In this document: in pieces, positions 30,416 through 42,354 of the stretch
Position numbering within the stretch: position 1 is the stretch's first letter
Layout: every line of letters begins with the position of its first letter
Assembly: GCA_016191285.1 (NCBI GenBank)
Contig: JACPPA010000057.1
Span: forward strand, 977 to 64,976
Origin: Gammaproteobacteria bacterium
Lineage (GTDB): Bacteria > Pseudomonadota > Gammaproteobacteria > Ga0077536
Direction of reading: 5' to 3'
DNA length: 64,000 nucleotides
The notes under the pieces: generated by a model
Told to the model about the DNA's origin: nothing
What the model saw: the letters and a program-made list of their open reading frames with translations, nothing else
The model's database searches: none
Made by a program: the position numbers and the translations under genes

Positions 30416-32038
30416 GTGTCCGAGGCATCTCGCGTTGAATCCGGAAGCGCCGTCCTTGTCGATAGGAGTACAGGTGTGCGAATAGGCGTCCCGCAAGAAA
30501 TCCATGCTGGAGAGCGGCGTGTGGCCACTACTCCTGAGGTGGCGGCCAAGCTGCAAAAGCTTGGGTTTACCGTCGCAATTCAATCCGGCGCCGGTGTCGG
30601 CGCGGATTTCAGCGACGAAGCGTATCGCGGGGTCGGCGTCGAAATTATCGATGACGCGCGCACGCTGTGGACCGCCGACATCATTTTAAAAGTGCGCGGG
30701 CCTGAAGCGCATCCAGCACTGGGCTGCCACGAACTCGATTTAATGCGCGAGGGCGCGCTGCTCATTTCGTTTATTTGGCCCGCGCAGAACGCCGATCTGA
30801 TGGAACGACTCGCCGCGCGTCACGCCACCGCGATCGCCATGGATAGCGTGCCGCGAATTTCACGCGCACAGAAGCTCGATGCCTTGAGTTCCATGGCCAA
30901 CATCGCCGGGTACCGGGCGGTGATCGAAGCGGCGCAAAATTTTGGACGCTTTTTTACCGGGCAGGTGACGGCCGCGGGGAAGGTCCCGCCGGCCAAGGTC
31001 CTGGTCATCGGTGCTGGCGTGGCGGGGCTCGCCGCCATCGGCGCCGCGAATGGCCTGGGCGCCATCGTGCGCGCGATGGATACACGACCGGAAGTCAAAG
31101 AGCAGGTCAAGAGCCTCGGCGCCGAGTACGTCGAAGTGAATTACCAAGAAGAAGGTGGCGGTGTCGGTGGCTATGCAAAGACCATGAGCGAGGGCTATCA
31201 AAAAGCCCAGCGCGAAACCACCGCCAAGCAATGCATGGAAGTCGACGTGGTGATCACGACCGCGCTCATTCCCGGCAAGCCGGCGCCCAAGCTCATCACG
31301 GCGGGCATGGTCGAGGCGATGCAGGAAGGCAGCGTGATTGTTGATCTCGCCGCCGAGCAAGGCGGCAATTGCGAACTCACGGTTCCTGGCCAAGTGGTTA
31401 AACGACACGGCGTGTCGATCGTAGGATTTGTCGATCTGCCGAGCCGCATGGCGCGGCAGTCGAGTCAACTCTACGCCACCAACCTGTTACGCGTTCTGGA
31501 AGAGTTGTCCCCGAAAAAAGACGGCGTTGCCACCGTCAACATGGACGACGAAATGATCCGTGGCGCGACCGTGGTGAACGCGGGGATGATCACGTGGCCA
31601 CCACCGCCACTCAAAGTCTCGGTCGCATCAACGCCGGTCAATGGCGCCGCGCCGCTTGTGCCGCCGCCGCCCAAGAAACCTTGGTTGCCGGCGCGCGCAC
31701 GCACGGCGCTGTGGTGCGTGCTCGCGGGCTTTGCTTTGTATGGTCTAGGCAGCGCTGCGCCGCCGGCGTTCATGTCGCACTTCATGGTCTTCGTACTCGC
31801 GTGTTTTGTCGGGTACATGGTGATTTGGAATGTCACGCCCGCCTTGCACACGCCGTTGATGAGCGTGACCAATGCCATCAGCAGCATTATCGCCATTGGC
31901 GCCTTGATTCAGATCTCCGCACCCGGCATGTTGCTGACGCTGCTTACCGGTTTCGCGCTAATTCTCACCAGCATCAACATGGCGGGCGGCTTTGCGGTCA
32001 CGCAGCGCATGCTGCGTATGTTCCGGCGGTCGGAGTAA
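30416..32038 (+). CDS. pntA: NAD(P) transhydrogenase subunit alpha
   Basis: [48 protein letters not shown]; exact start uncertain. Confidence 0.96.
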   Translation: MSEASRVESGSAVLVDRSTGVRIGVPQEIHAGERRVATTPEVAAKLQKLGFTVAIQSGAGVGADFSDEAYRGVGVEIIDDARTLWTADIILKVRGPEAHPALGCHELDLMREGALLISFIWPAQNADLMERLAARHATAIAMDSVPRISRAQKLDALSSMANIAGYRAVIEAAQNFGRFFTGQVTAAGKVPPAKVLVIGAGVAGLAAIGAANGLGAIVRAMDTRPEVKEQVKSLGAEYVEVNYQEEGGGVGGYAKTMSEGYQKAQRETTAKQCMEVDVVITTALIPGKPAPKLITAGMVEAMQEGSVIVDLAAEQGGNCELTVPGQVVKRHGVSIVGFVDLPSRMARQSSQLYATNLLRVLEELSPKKDGVATVNMDDEMIRGATVVNAGMITWPPPPLKVSVASTPVNGAAPLVPPPPKKPWLPARARTALWCVLAGFALYGLGSAAPPAFMSHFMVFVLACFVGYMVIWNVTPALHTPLMSVTNAISSIIAIGALIQISAPGMLLTLLTGFALILTSINMAGGFAVTQRMLRMFRRSE

Positions 32039-32040
32039 CC

Positions 32041-33441
32041 ATGAGCGAAGGTCTAGTCACCGTCTCCTATATCGCCGCGACTATTCTTTTTATTTTGAGT
32101 CTCGGCGGGTTGAGTAATCCCGAAACGGCGCGGCGCGGAAATTTTTACGGTATGGCGGCCATGGCGCTTGCCATTCTCGCGACCGTTCTCGGACCCCAGG
32201 TCGAGACGTTATGGCCGGTCGTGACGGCGATGGCGATCGGCGGCAGCATCGGGCTTTACGCGGCGTTCAAAGTGCAGATGACCGAAATGCCCGAGCTCGT
32301 CGCGCTCATGCACAGCTTGGTGGGGTTAGCCGCGGTCCTTATTGGATTTGCGACTTACGCCGATAACTCAGTGCACCTCGCGGGCATCGAAAAGACTATC
32401 CATGAAATCGAAATCTATGTGGGAATATTGATCGGCGCGATCACGTTTTCGGGTTCGGTGATCGCATTCGGCAAATTATCGGGGCGCATCGGCGGTAAGC
32501 CATGGCTACTGCCGGGTCGGCATCTCCTCAATCTCGTCGGTCTCATCGCAGTCATCGTCGTCGGCAAGTTATTTCTCAACGTTGATTCGGGGGTCAGCGG
32601 CGCGTTTTTCTTGTTGATCATGACTGGGGTCGCGCTCGCGTTCGGCATCCACATGGTAATGGCCATCGGCGGCGCGGATATGCCAGTGGTGGTGTCAATG
32701 TTGAACAGCTATTCGGGGTGGGCGGCGTCCGCCACCGGCTTCATGCTCGGCAATGATTTGCTGATCGTTATTGGCGCGTTAGTCGGATCCTCCGGCGCCA
32801 TTCTCTCCTACATCATGTGCCGCGCGATGAATCGACATTTTTTCGCGGTCATCGCCGGTGGTTTCGGTACCGCGGGTGGTACGACGGTAAGCAGTGCCGG
32901 TCCGCAAGGCGAGGTGCAAGCGATTACGGCCGAAGAAACGGCGGAGCTTCTGCGCGGGGCTTCCAAAGTCATTTTGGTTCCTGGCTACGGCATGGCTGTC
33001 GCTCAAGCGCAGCACACGGTGTTCGAAATCACCAAACTGTTGAGAGAACGTAATATCGACGTGCATTTCGCGATTCATCCCGTCGCGGGCCGCATGCCCG
33101 GCCACATGAATGTGCTGCTGGCGGAGGCCAAGGTGCCGTACGACATCGTGGCTGAGATGGATGAAATTAATCACGATTTTCCGCAGACCGACGTGGCGAT
33201 GGTCATTGGCGCCAACGACATCGTCAATCCCGCCGCACAGGATGATCCGGGCAGTCCGATTGCGGGCATGCCGGTGTTGGAAGTGTGGAAGGCGCGGATC
33301 TCCATCGTCATGAAGCGCTCGATGGCGTCCGGCTATGCCGGCGTCGACAATCCGCTCTTCTACAAAGAAAACAATCGCATGTTGTTCGGCGATGCCAAGC
33401 AGATGTTGGAAGCCGTGCTTACGGCGTTACGCGCAAATTAA
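32041..33441 (+). CDS. pntB: NAD(P) transhydrogenase subunit beta
   Basis: [43 protein letters not shown]. Confidence 0.96.
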   Translation: MSEGLVTVSYIAATILFILSLGGLSNPETARRGNFYGMAAMALAILATVLGPQVETLWPVVTAMAIGGSIGLYAAFKVQMTEMPELVALMHSLVGLAAVLIGFATYADNSVHLAGIEKTIHEIEIYVGILIGAITFSGSVIAFGKLSGRIGGKPWLLPGRHLLNLVGLIAVIVVGKLFLNVDSGVSGAFFLLIMTGVALAFGIHMVMAIGGADMPVVVSMLNSYSGWAASATGFMLGNDLLIVIGALVGSSGAILSYIMCRAMNRHFFAVIAGGFGTAGGTTVSSAGPQGEVQAITAEETAELLRGASKVILVPGYGMAVAQAQHTVFEITKLLRERNIDVHFAIHPVAGRMPGHMNVLLAEAKVPYDIVAEMDEINHDFPQTDVAMVIGANDIVNPAAQDDPGSPIAGMPVLEVWKARISIVMKRSMASGYAGVDNPLFYKENNRMLFGDAKQMLEAVLTALRAN

Positions 33442-33449
33442 AACGGAAG

Positions 33450-33511
33450 CTGGGGCTACTTTAGCAGCGAAATGATCGTGGCTAGGATTCGCCGCCAGAG
33501 CGGCTCCCACA
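33450..33511. repeat. Degenerate REP doublet between convergent genes
   Basis: ..TTTAGCAGCGAA..TTCGCCGCCAGAGCGGCTCCCAC. Confidence 0.65.
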
Positions 33512-33558
33512 AAAAGGGTCGCCTTTACTTTACTTGACTGTAATCCACACACGATTAA

Positions 33559-35193
33559 TTAGTGCACACTCGCGGCTTCGGCGCCAAGCCCGGTCTGCGA
33601 TCGCACGAATTGCGCGGCAAACGCCGCGCGTTCCGCGCTGGCCTGCGGACTTCGATCGAGTAGCGAGCCAACCAGGCTACCGCTGAACGACGCGGCGAGC
33701 GCAAAGAGCGTGGGATATTTGTAAGGGAAGATCGGCGCCGCGTGGTGCAACACTTCCACCCACACCGTTGGCCCGAGAATAATGCCGCCGACCGCCGTGG
33801 TGAGGCCCATGATCCCGCCCAACAACGCACCCCACGTGGTTAGATCGCGCCAGTACATCGATAAAAACAACAATGGAAAATTCACGCTTGCGCCGATCGC
33901 GAACGCGAGCTGCACCATGTACGCGACATTCTGGTGTTCGAACACCAGGCCAAGGCTTACGGCAATGACGCCGAGCACTAGCGCCGTTATTTTTGAAATC
34001 CGCACCACCTCCTGTTCAGTCGCATGCGGATTAAACACATTGGCATAGAGATCATGCGAAATCGCCGACGCGCCGGATAACGTCAACCCCGAGACCACGG
34101 CCAAGATCGTCGCGAAGCACACGGCGGACATGAAACCCAGAAAGGCATCACCGCCGATGGCGTGGGCGAGATGAATCGCCGCCATATTGGTGCCGCCGAT
34201 CATGACATTGGTCTTTGGATCGAAGTAGCCACCGTCGTGAGTCACCAAGGCCACCGCGCCGAAGCCGAGAACGAAAATAAGCAGGTAGAAGTAGCCGATA
34301 AAACCGGTGGCGAATAACACCGAACGGCGCGCGGCGGGCGCGTCCGCCACGGTGAAAAAGCGCATCAGAATGTGCGGCAATCCGGCGGTGCCGAGGAGGA
34401 GCGTGGTGCCGAGTGAAATTGCCGACACCGGATCGCGAACCAGATGGCCGGGTTCCAGGAGTTCGATGCCGCGCGGATGATTCGCTACCGCGCCGCGCAG
34501 GATCGCATCGAATGAATAATTGAAATGGCGATAAACTAAAAAGGCCAGCAAGCTACCGCCGGCAAGCAGCAAGCTGGCTTTGATGATCTGTACCCAGGTG
34601 GTCGCGATCATGCCGCCAAAGCTGACGTAGAACACCATTAGCCCGCCGATGACGCACACCGCATAGTCGTAATCGAGATGGAACAGCACTTCGACCAATT
34701 TGCCGGCGCCGACCATCTGGCCGATCAAATACAACACCACCGCGCAAAGGGAACCCGTGGCGGCCAGGCTGCGAATCGGTTTGGCTTGCAGACGCAACGA
34801 CACCGCATCGGCAAAGGTGTATTTGCCGAGATTCTTCAACCGCTCGGCGAGCAAGAAGAGCACTAGCGGCCATCCGGCGACGCCGCCTACCGCGTAGATC
34901 AGACCATCAAAGCCATGCTCGAACATCAAGGCCGAAATACCGAGAAAGGTCGCGGCGGACATGAAGTCGCCAGCGATCGCGAGTCCGTTCTGGAAGCCCG
35001 TGATCCGTCCGCCGGCGGCATAGAAGTCATGCGTGGTACGCGTGCGGCGCGCTGCCCAGAAGGTGATAGCCAACGTGATCCCAACAAAGCCGAGAAACAT
35101 CGCGACCGCCAGTTTATTAACCGCGCCGTCAGCGGCATGGGCCGCGGTCGGCAGGAGCAGTCCCGCGGCGAGCAAGCTAGCGCGTGGTCGCAC
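33559..35193 (-). CDS. actP: Cation/acetate symporter (SSS family)
   Basis: [45 protein letters not shown]; preceded by DUF485 gene. Confidence 0.9.
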   Translation of the reverse strand: MRPRASLLAAGLLLPTAAHAADGAVNKLAVAMFLGFVGITLAITFWAARRTRTTHDFYAAGGRITGFQNGLAIAGDFMSAATFLGISALMFEHGFDGLIYAVGGVAGWPLVLFLLAERLKNLGKYTFADAVSLRLQAKPIRSLAATGSLCAVVLYLIGQMVGAGKLVEVLFHLDYDYAVCVIGGLMVFYVSFGGMIATTWVQIIKASLLLAGGSLLAFLVYRHFNYSFDAILRGAVANHPRGIELLEPGHLVRDPVSAISLGTTLLLGTAGLPHILMRFFTVADAPAARRSVLFATGFIGYFYLLIFVLGFGAVALVTHDGGYFDPKTNVMIGGTNMAAIHLAHAIGGDAFLGFMSAVCFATILAVVSGLTLSGASAISHDLYANVFNPHATEQEVVRISKITALVLGVIAVSLGLVFEHQNVAYMVQLAFAIGASVNFPLLFLSMYWRDLTTWGALLGGIMGLTTAVGGIILGPTVWVEVLHHAAPIFPYKYPTLFALAASFSGSLVGSLLDRSPQASAERAAFAAQFVRSQTGLGAEAASVH

Positions 35194-35500
35194 GTTGTTT
35201 TAGGCGCGCGAGGAGCACTTGATTACGCACGTCGAACTCACGATTGGCGCGCCACACGTACCAGGCGGTCAAGACAACGCTGAAGAGGATGACGGCCACC
35301 CCTGCGGCAATGCCCGTGGTGACCATGGTGTGCGCATTGAGTGGCCGAGAAAACCAAGTCGGCGCGAACGCGATCACGGAGAGGAAGCTATAAAACGCCA
35401 CGAACACGCACGCCAGAAGACCCCACGAAAAACGGCTTCGCGCGCGTTGCAGCGCATGGAATTCTGGATCGGCATCGATTAGGCGATAAAGATCATGCAT
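35177..35500 (-). CDS. DUF485 (YjcH-like) membrane protein
   Basis: [16 protein letters not shown]...[10 protein letters not shown]. Confidence 0.88.
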   Translation of the reverse strand: MHDLYRLIDADPEFHALQRARSRFSWGLLACVFVAFYSFLSVIAFAPTWFSRPLNAHTMVTTGIAAGVAVILFSVVLTAWYVWRANREFDVRNQVLLARLKQRATTR

Positions 35501-35584
35501 ACGGCGCGGCGCTATCGGCACTTAAGCTAGTGTTGCGCCGGACCTTCCGCGCCGATCCCAGTCTGCGAGCGCACGAATTGATCA

Positions 35585-35698
35585 TCAAAAGGAATTGGCG
35601 AACACCACGCTGGCGAGCACCCACGTGAACACGCGGCGTTTACGTTCCAACGCATGAAAACCTGGATCAGGGTAGATCTTCTTATAAACGTCCTGCAT
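35585..35698 (-). pseudogene. Truncated second DUF485 copy
   Basis: MQDVYKKIYPDPGFHALERKRRVFTWVL resembles the N-terminus of the neighbouring DUF485. Confidence 0.6.
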
Positions 35699-35700
35699 GG

Positions 35701-36864
35701 CTAGCCCCACAGTTTTTTCGACGCGAGCTTGGCGCCAGCGGCTAACGCTTCGAATTTTTTCCACACCACGGACGCCGCCACCATTTCCCAGCCAGCGAAG
35801 GTGCCGAACCCACAATCGGCGCCGGCGATGACGCGTTCGCGATCGCCCACCACGCTGACCGCCTCGAGCAGCCGATTGCAGATCACCTGGGGGTGCTCGA
35901 TGTAGTTGACGGTCGAATCGATAACGCCAGGGATCAAAATCTTGTCTTTTTTGAGCGGATGCTTCTTTAGCGCGGCGTATTCATGCTGATGGCGCGGATT
36001 CGCGAACTCAACCGAGAACGCGCCAACATTCGCTTCCATGATGATGGGGAAAATATCCTCGAGCGGCACGTCGCAATCGTGCGGGCCGTCGTAATTGCCC
36101 CAGCACACATGCAACCTGATCCGATCCGCCGGGATGTTTTCGCAGGCCTCGTTGATCGCCGCGATATGCACGGTGATCGCATCTTGGAATTGTTTCAGCG
36201 TCCCGTGCTGGAACATGCCGTGCCATTCCATCGCCAGATCAGGACAGTCGAGCTGCAGGATGTAGCCGCGACTATGAATCAGCTCATATTCTTTTTGGAG
36301 TTCGCGCGCGACCGCGCGGACATAACTTTCATGCGAATCGTAGTACCCGCCATTACGCATGGTGGTGCAGACGATCCCCGGCGAGGCGGCGGTCATAAAG
36401 GTCTCGGTGAATTCTCCCGGATGCGCCGTCAGTGCTTGGTCGAAGAGGTCGCATTCGCGACGCGCTGGCGTTAAATCTTTGTAGCGCACCGCCTCGGACG
36501 CCGCCGGTGCGTCAAAAACTTTCGACATCACCATGCCGCGATTGGCCCACACTTGGCCGAAATCCGGGTAGTCCGCGAAATCCTTGAAGGGGTCGCGTTC
36601 GCTAACGCCATTGAACCCTTCCAGGCGTTGTCCGACATACGTCTGGAAGCCGACTCGGGGTTGTTCGCCATCGTTGATGATGTCGAGGCCGCTTTCGACC
36701 TGTTTGGCGACCACGTGTTGCACACCGGCGCGCGCCAGGCGCTCGAGTTCGGCCCGGTCGATGGGGCGTTTGGCTTCGTCGGCGATCAATAGATCAGACA
36801 GCGCGCGGGCGCGCGGTAAGCTGCCGACGTGGGTAGTAAGGATGCGGTGTTCGCTGCGTTTCAT
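35701..36864 (-). CDS. Cobalamin-independent methionine synthase II / epoxyalkane:CoM transferase-like Zn protein
   Basis: TTHVGSLPR, DGEQ, HVCWGNY, VEFANPRH, DCGFGT. Confidence 0.88.
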   Translation of the reverse strand: MKRSEHRILTTHVGSLPRARALSDLLIADEAKRPIDRAELERLARAGVQHVVAKQVESGLDIINDGEQPRVGFQTYVGQRLEGFNGVSERDPFKDFADYPDFGQVWANRGMVMSKVFDAPAASEAVRYKDLTPARRECDLFDQALTAHPGEFTETFMTAASPGIVCTTMRNGGYYDSHESYVRAVARELQKEYELIHSRGYILQLDCPDLAMEWHGMFQHGTLKQFQDAITVHIAAINEACENIPADRIRLHVCWGNYDGPHDCDVPLEDIFPIIMEANVGAFSVEFANPRHQHEYAALKKHPLKKDKILIPGVIDSTVNYIEHPQVICNRLLEAVSVVGDRERVIAGADCGFGTFAGWEMVAASVVWKKFEALAAGAKLASKKLWG

Positions 36865-37127
36865 GGCAAGTGTCCTCCTCTGGTCATGCGCCTGGCATGC
36901 TCCCACGCGCCAGGCGCGCCAGGTTGTGCACTCAAGCTGTTGAAATGGGTACTTCGCATTCGGTGCGAGAGGTCCACGTGGTCAGTGCTGGGCTTAATTT
37001 TTTTGGAGAGCTGCGGCCCATTCGATCTGACGGTGATGCCCCGGCTAGTGTACACCGTACGCGCTTCCAAGCAGCCGCGATCGCACCTGCGGGCGAGCAC
37101 TTGGTTGTCTGCTGGACGAAACAGACT

Positions 37128-37197
37128 GTGGGAGCCGCTTTAGCGGCGAAAGGGGTCTCTACTCTCGATCGGGATTCACCGCTAAAGCGGCTCCCAC
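37128..37197. repeat. REP doublet
   Basis: GTGGGAGCCGCTTTAGCGGCGAA / TTCACCGCTAAAGCGGCTCCCAC. Confidence 0.85.
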
Positions 37198-37209
37198 CAA
37201 GATTGAGGT

Positions 37210-38037
37210 CTAGCGTAATCGACCGACGGTGGGTTCCGGCTGAGGCAGCGTAAAGAGTACGCTGGTGCCGCCGGCGGCGCTCGATTCGATCCAGATCCGG
37301 CCCGCGTGGGTGTCGACGATCTTCTTGCAAATCGCGAGGCCCATACCGGTGCCGGGCTGTGCGCGATCACGTGTGAGCCGTTGAAAGATCATGAATACGC
37401 GTTCGTGATATTCAGGTGCGATACCGCGGCCGTTGTCTTCAACCGCGAATTGCCAGTCGCCACCGGCAGGTGTCGCGCTCAAGCGGATGCGCGGGGCGCG
37501 CTCGGCGGCGCGATAGTTAAGCGCGTTGCGAATCAGGTTGTAGACCAATTGTTTGAGCTGGCGGCGGCGACCGACCACCGTCGGCAGCGGTTCAATCCGC
37601 AGTTCTCCGCCGCAATCGACTAGCGCCGCCTGCAGCGTGGTTTCGACTTCGTGCGCGACATCGGCCATGGCCACGGTGGCGATCGATGATAAATCGTTAC
37701 AGACCCGCGAGTACTCGAGCAAATCGTTGATCAAGGCCTTCATTTGCCGCGATCCGCTGAGCGCGTAGTGCAGATATTGTTGGCCCGTGGAATCGACAAC
37801 GTCGCCATAACGACGCGCGAAAAGTTCCATAAAACTCGTCATCAAGCGCAGCGGCTCTTGCAGATCATGGGCCGCGATATAGGCGAATTGTTCGAGATCC
37901 TGATTGGCGCGGCGTAACTCGGTTGCTATCTGCGCCAGTGCCGCTTCGCGCGCCGCGCAATCGGCTTCCGTTACCACGCGCTCAGCGGAGCCGCTCTCGA
38001 TCTGCCGGACTGCACTGTCGTAGGGAAGCATGAACAC
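37210..38037 (-). CDS. Histidine kinase (HisKA + HATPase, Cph1-like transmitter), no evident sensor domain
   Basis: FAYIAAHDLQEPLR, NLIRNA, DNGRGI, GTGMGLAIC. Confidence 0.88.
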   Translation of the reverse strand: MFMLPYDSAVRQIESGSAERVVTEADCAAREAALAQIATELRRANQDLEQFAYIAAHDLQEPLRLMTSFMELFARRYGDVVDSTGQQYLHYALSGSRQMKALINDLLEYSRVCNDLSSIATVAMADVAHEVETTLQAALVDCGGELRIEPLPTVVGRRRQLKQLVYNLIRNALNYRAAERAPRIRLSATPAGGDWQFAVEDNGRGIAPEYHERVFMIFQRLTRDRAQPGTGMGLAICKKIVDTHAGRIWIESSAAGGTSVLFTLPQPEPTVGRLR

Positions 38038-38142
38038 GTAATCGGCACGCCGGGCGCGGAACTTGAATAGGCTTCCAAATAGCGCGCATTGTCATTACTA
38101 CACCCTGCAGAGCGCAACAATTAGCGGAATCCATCCGACAAT

Positions 38143-39081
38143 CTAGACCACCTCAATCCGGTAACCGATCTTCGGGAAATGCACGACCACTTCACCAACG
38201 CGCGGATCATGGCGTAACACCGACACGCTGCGCACGGTGGTGCCCACCAATTCGCCGACCACGTTTACTTCGGCGTAATCACTCGGCGAAACGCACACGT
38301 GAGTGCCCACTTTGATTCCGAGGGGATCGTATTGATCGACCCCAGTGGCTGGATTGGGCGAGGCGGCTCTGGCGATATCGAGCGCAGCGTCGGGAGCCAT
38401 TTCTTTACGGGTTCCCTGGCCGATGGCGACAAGCCGGGCTAACCATTGTGCAATGCGCGGAAAACGATCATAGGCGCGCTGCGCTTCCTTGGGCGCAAAG
38501 CGATACAGAAACCACGGATCCCACATTGCATGCAAATCCGCGAGACCGGGCTTTTCTCCAGTCAAGAATGATCGGCCATCGGCCAATTGCAGATTGATGA
38601 AATCGGTATGCGCATCCAGTTGTGCGCGCAGACCGGGTAGTTTTGGTGCGAGCGAATCCGTGTCAAATTGCGTCTTCCACATTTTTTTGCGGTCCTCGAA
38701 AAAATGCGACGGCAAATCCACCGCACCCGCAAACGGATCTTCGCTGCCCATGTAGAGCGCGACAGAGGTGACCACATACGGCCCATGCGCCCAACTGCCG
38801 AGCGCATAACCCAACCCCGGGTTACCGTCCGGGAAGACTGATGGCTGGGGATGTGCGTGCTCCAGGACCGCCGTAATGAGTTGGGTGTCGCAATAGATGT
38901 CGGCGCCGATCTGTAAGACTGGCGTACGGCGGTACCCGCCGGTCAACGGGACGAGGTGTGGCTTCGGTAGTGCTGCCGGTTGGATGACTGAACGCCAAGT
39001 CAGGTTTTTGATGCCAAAAATCAGACGGATCTTTTCCGCGAACGGGGCCTCATCGTAGTGGTGCAAAATGAGCTCGGCCAT
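38143..39081 (-). CDS. Glutathione S-transferase family protein
   Basis: LHHY..PFAEKIR, LTGGYRRTPVLQIGADIYCDT, VHFPKIGY. Confidence 0.9.
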   Translation of the reverse strand: MAELILHHYDEAPFAEKIRLIFGIKNLTWRSVIQPAALPKPHLVPLTGGYRRTPVLQIGADIYCDTQLITAVLEHAHPQPSVFPDGNPGLGYALGSWAHGPYVVTSVALYMGSEDPFAGAVDLPSHFFEDRKKMWKTQFDTDSLAPKLPGLRAQLDAHTDFINLQLADGRSFLTGEKPGLADLHAMWDPWFLYRFAPKEAQRAYDRFPRIAQWLARLVAIGQGTRKEMAPDAALDIARAASPNPATGVDQYDPLGIKVGTHVCVSPSDYAEVNVVGELVGTTVRSVSVLRHDPRVGEVVVHFPKIGYRIEVV

Positions 39082-39267
39082 GGGAACCTCCGCAGCGTGA
39101 TTTGATGTTGTAGGTTCACTCGACTGTAGACGCAAAATGTTCAAAATGGCAGGGTTGCTTCAACCTGCTAACGGCAGCATTACGGAGAACCGCGTCGAGT
39201 ACAATGGCTTCAAAGACGGCGCGATATTAGTGTCGCCCGGCTTCTACAAACTGCGAGCAGTCTGCCC

Positions 39268-40209
39268 ATGACCACTCCCCTTAAAGCTGCCGATCTCAAC
39301 GTGGTGCTGCCAGTGCTGGCGGTGGATCGTGGCTATGATCCGGTTTACGCCAAAGCGGTCGAGATCGCGCCACTTATTCGCCGGGTGCTCGCGCGCAATC
39401 CCAATCACTTCACGTTCCACGGCACCGGCACCTATATCGTCGGCCGCGGCAACGTCGCCGTCATCGACCCCGGACCGTTGATCGATGAACATCTCGACGC
39501 CTTAAAGACCGCGCTTGCCGGCGAAACCGTCACGCACATCCTCGTCACGCACACGCATAACGATCACTCGCCAGCCGCCGCACCCCTCAAGGCGGCGACC
39601 GGCGCTAAGACCTATGGCTATGGCGCGCACGGCGCCGGAAAACGCGAGACGGGTGTGGCGATTGAAGAGGGTGGAGATATGGATTTCCATCCGGATGTGA
39701 CGGTAGGTCATGGCGCGGTAATCGTCGGCGACGGCTGGACCATCGATTGCGTGTACACGCCAGGGCATACGTCTAATCATATGTGTTTCGCATTGCGCGA
39801 AGTACGGGCGCTCTTCGTCGGCGATCATGTGATGGGCTGGTCGACGACGGTAATTGTGCCACCGGATGGTGACATGGCGCAGTATTTTGCGAGCTTGGAG
39901 ATCCTAAAGAACCGTACCGATCATCTTTACTATCCGACCCACGGCAATCCAATCCACACGCCGCAGGCTTTCGTCAGCACGCTCATCGAACATCGGCATG
40001 CGCGTGAACGTCAGATTGCAGCGTGCCTCACACGGGGCCTCTCGCGGATCCCAGATATGGTCGCGGTGATCTATTCTGAAATCGATCAACGCCTGCACGC
40101 CGCCGCCGCGATGTCGGTACTCGCGCATCTCCAGCATATGGTTGCGACCGGCCGCGCTGTCTGCGCCGGCGGGTCGAGCGCTGACACTCACTATCGCCTC
40201 GTGACCTAA
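39268..40209 (+). CDS. MBL-fold metallo-hydrolase
   Basis: [24 protein letters not shown]. Confidence 0.92.
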   Translation: MTTPLKAADLNVVLPVLAVDRGYDPVYAKAVEIAPLIRRVLARNPNHFTFHGTGTYIVGRGNVAVIDPGPLIDEHLDALKTALAGETVTHILVTHTHNDHSPAAAPLKAATGAKTYGYGAHGAGKRETGVAIEEGGDMDFHPDVTVGHGAVIVGDGWTIDCVYTPGHTSNHMCFALREVRALFVGDHVMGWSTTVIVPPDGDMAQYFASLEILKNRTDHLYYPTHGNPIHTPQAFVSTLIEHRHARERQIAACLTRGLSRIPDMVAVIYSEIDQRLHAAAAMSVLAHLQHMVATGRAVCAGGSSADTHYRLVT

Positions 40210-40223
40210 CGATAATTCACACC

Positions 40224-40562
40224 ATGCTCGACTTCCTACGAACCGCGGCGTTATTTGCGATCACGGCGGTCGCTGAAATCCTCGGCTGCTATCTGCCGTG
40301 GCGCGTCCTGCGCGCCGACGGCGCGCCGTGGTTGCTGCTTCCCGGGGCTTTATCGCTGGCCGCGTTCGCGTGGTTGTTGTCACTGCATCCAAGTGCGGCT
40401 GGCCGGACTTATGCCGCTTACGGTGGCGTGTACATTGGCGTCGCGCTGCTGTGGTTGTGGCGGATCGATCGTATCCGGCCGACGGCGTGGGATGTGGCCG
40501 GCGCGCTGATCGCGTTGAGTGGGATGGCGGTAATTGTGTTGCAACCGAACTTAAGCAAGTAA
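40224..40562 (+). CDS. ynfA: YnfA family (UPF0060) membrane protein
   Basis: [20 protein letters not shown]. Confidence 0.9.
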   Translation: MLDFLRTAALFAITAVAEILGCYLPWRVLRADGAPWLLLPGALSLAAFAWLLSLHPSAAGRTYAAYGGVYIGVALLWLWRIDRIRPTAWDVAGALIALSGMAVIVLQPNLSK

Positions 40563-40623
40563 CGTCGCGAAAGAGGATTCAACTGTTAACATGAACACGA
40601 ATGCAATCAATCGGGAGGCTCGC

Positions 40624-40908
40624 ATGAGGCAATTAATGTGGACCACGCTGCTAATCGGCATGGCAGCGACGACCTCGGTCGCGGCTGCCCAAATGGAAAC
40701 GCGGTGCAGAATTGACGGCGCGTTTATCAAGGTCTACGGCGATAATGAAAGTGAGCAACGCAAAAACTGCGAACGACAGGGCGGCGTGCTGGCGGAATAT
40801 ATGCCGCACGAAAGCCAACGCCAAGAATTTGGCGAGCGCGAACGACGTGCGGGTTCGCACCCGGGCATGAGTCAGATGCCGGGCGGTGGAGCGATGGGGC
40901 GTTATTGA
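40624..40908 (+). CDS. Hypothetical small secreted protein
   Basis: GGAGG RBS, signal-peptide-like N-terminus, two Cys. Confidence 0.5.
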   Translation: MRQLMWTTLLIGMAATTSVAAAQMETRCRIDGAFIKVYGDNESEQRKNCERQGGVLAEYMPHESQRQEFGERERRAGSHPGMSQMPGGGAMGRY

Positions 40909-40927
40909 AGCGTAGTGGAGAGCGCGT

Positions 40928-42178
40928 ATGAACCGACCCGACAGCGATATTCGCTATCCCACGGGATTGGCTGACCTCAACGATCTCGATCTATTTTCCG
41001 ACGGCCAGCCGCACGACGTTTTTCGACGACTGCGTGAAGAGGCCCCCGTGTTCTGGAATCCAGAAAAAGAGGGGCCGGGCTACTGGGTGATCACCCGATA
41101 CGACGATATCGTTCAGATTTCCAAGAAGCCGAAAATTTTTTCGAACGCCTTGGGCGGGCACTACATCTCGTATGACTCGATGGGCATCACGGATCCCGAA
41201 GCCCAGAATGCTTTTCTTCACATGCTGCTCGCGATGGATCCGCCCGAGCACAACGTGCATCGGCGGCTGATCGCGCCGGCCTTTAATCCGAATATCGTAC
41301 GCAAGTTCGAGGACGGAGTGCGGAATAAAGTCCGAGAACTGCTTGATCGAATCGCGTCGCGCGGTGAATGCGATTTTGTAACCGAGGTGGCGACGCCGCT
41401 GCCACTGTGGACGTTATCGGAATTACTCGGCGTGCCCGAGGCAGATCGCCAAGACATCATCAAGTGGTCGAACGAAGCGTTGGCGCTGCTCGATCCGGAT
41501 TACTTTGCGTCGCCCGCTGCGGGACAACACGTGTTCGTGAAGATGTTCGATTATGGCAAACGCATCATGGCCTTGCGCCGCGAACACCCGGCCGACGATT
41601 TAACCAGCATCATGGCCAATACCCGCATCGATGGCGAAGGTCTACCGCAGGCCACGCTGGACGGCTTCTTCGTGTTGATGATCTTGGCCGGCAATGAGAC
41701 CACGCGAAACACCATCGCCGGCGGCATGCGCGCGCTGACCGAATTTCCCGAGCAGCGCCGCAAGCTGTGCGCGGATCCGTCGCTTATTCCGAATGCGGTC
41801 GAAGAGATGCTGCGTTACGTCAGCGCCATCATCTACATGCGGCGCACCGCGACCGAAGACACCGAAATTCGCGGGCAGAAAATCGCGAAGAACGATAAGG
41901 TGGTGATGTGGTACGGCGGCGCTAACTTCGATTCTGAGGTCTTCGAAAAACCTTATGAGTTCGATGTCACGCGCAGTAATGCGCGCGAACATCTCGCCTT
42001 TGGCATCGGGCAGCATTTTTGCATTGGCTCGCAAGTGGCGCGCATGCAGGTTCGCATCATGTACGAGGAAATTCTGGCGCGCTTTCCCGACATCCGCGCG
42101 GTTGGCAATTATCGCTATTTACGCTCAAATCACTTGAATGGTTTGAAGTCGATGCCGGTGGTATTTACGCCGGAGTGA
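40928..42178 (+). CDS. Cytochrome P450 (CYP124/125-like clan)
   Basis: MDPPEH, LAGNETT, EEMLR, HLAFGIGQHFCIG. Confidence 0.93.
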   Translation: MNRPDSDIRYPTGLADLNDLDLFSDGQPHDVFRRLREEAPVFWNPEKEGPGYWVITRYDDIVQISKKPKIFSNALGGHYISYDSMGITDPEAQNAFLHMLLAMDPPEHNVHRRLIAPAFNPNIVRKFEDGVRNKVRELLDRIASRGECDFVTEVATPLPLWTLSELLGVPEADRQDIIKWSNEALALLDPDYFASPAAGQHVFVKMFDYGKRIMALRREHPADDLTSIMANTRIDGEGLPQATLDGFFVLMILAGNETTRNTIAGGMRALTEFPEQRRKLCADPSLIPNAVEEMLRYVSAIIYMRRTATEDTEIRGQKIAKNDKVVMWYGGANFDSEVFEKPYEFDVTRSNAREHLAFGIGQHFCIGSQVARMQVRIMYEEILARFPDIRAVGNYRYLRSNHLNGLKSMPVVFTPE

Positions 42179-42354
42179 ATATTTGGGACAGACGATAATT
42201 TCGCCGGCCGGCAATCGCCGGCCGCTGATTTGCCGCTGAGGCGGCAATCCCCGGCAAAGCATCGCACCTTATCGCGTGCATTACCCCTTCTCCCCTCGCG
42301 GGCTGTCTCTTGTGCACATTTTTGCAGCAGCGACAGCGGCCGCGTGCCAACTGC

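Noticed and set aside
31594..32040. Extended pntB N-terminus
   Set aside because: Alternative frame within pntA; the real start is ATG 32041.
36885..36925. Riboswitch upstream of the MetE-like gene
   Set aside because: Only a short GCGCCTGGC/GCCAGGCGC stem; no SAM, SAH or cobalamin consensus visible.
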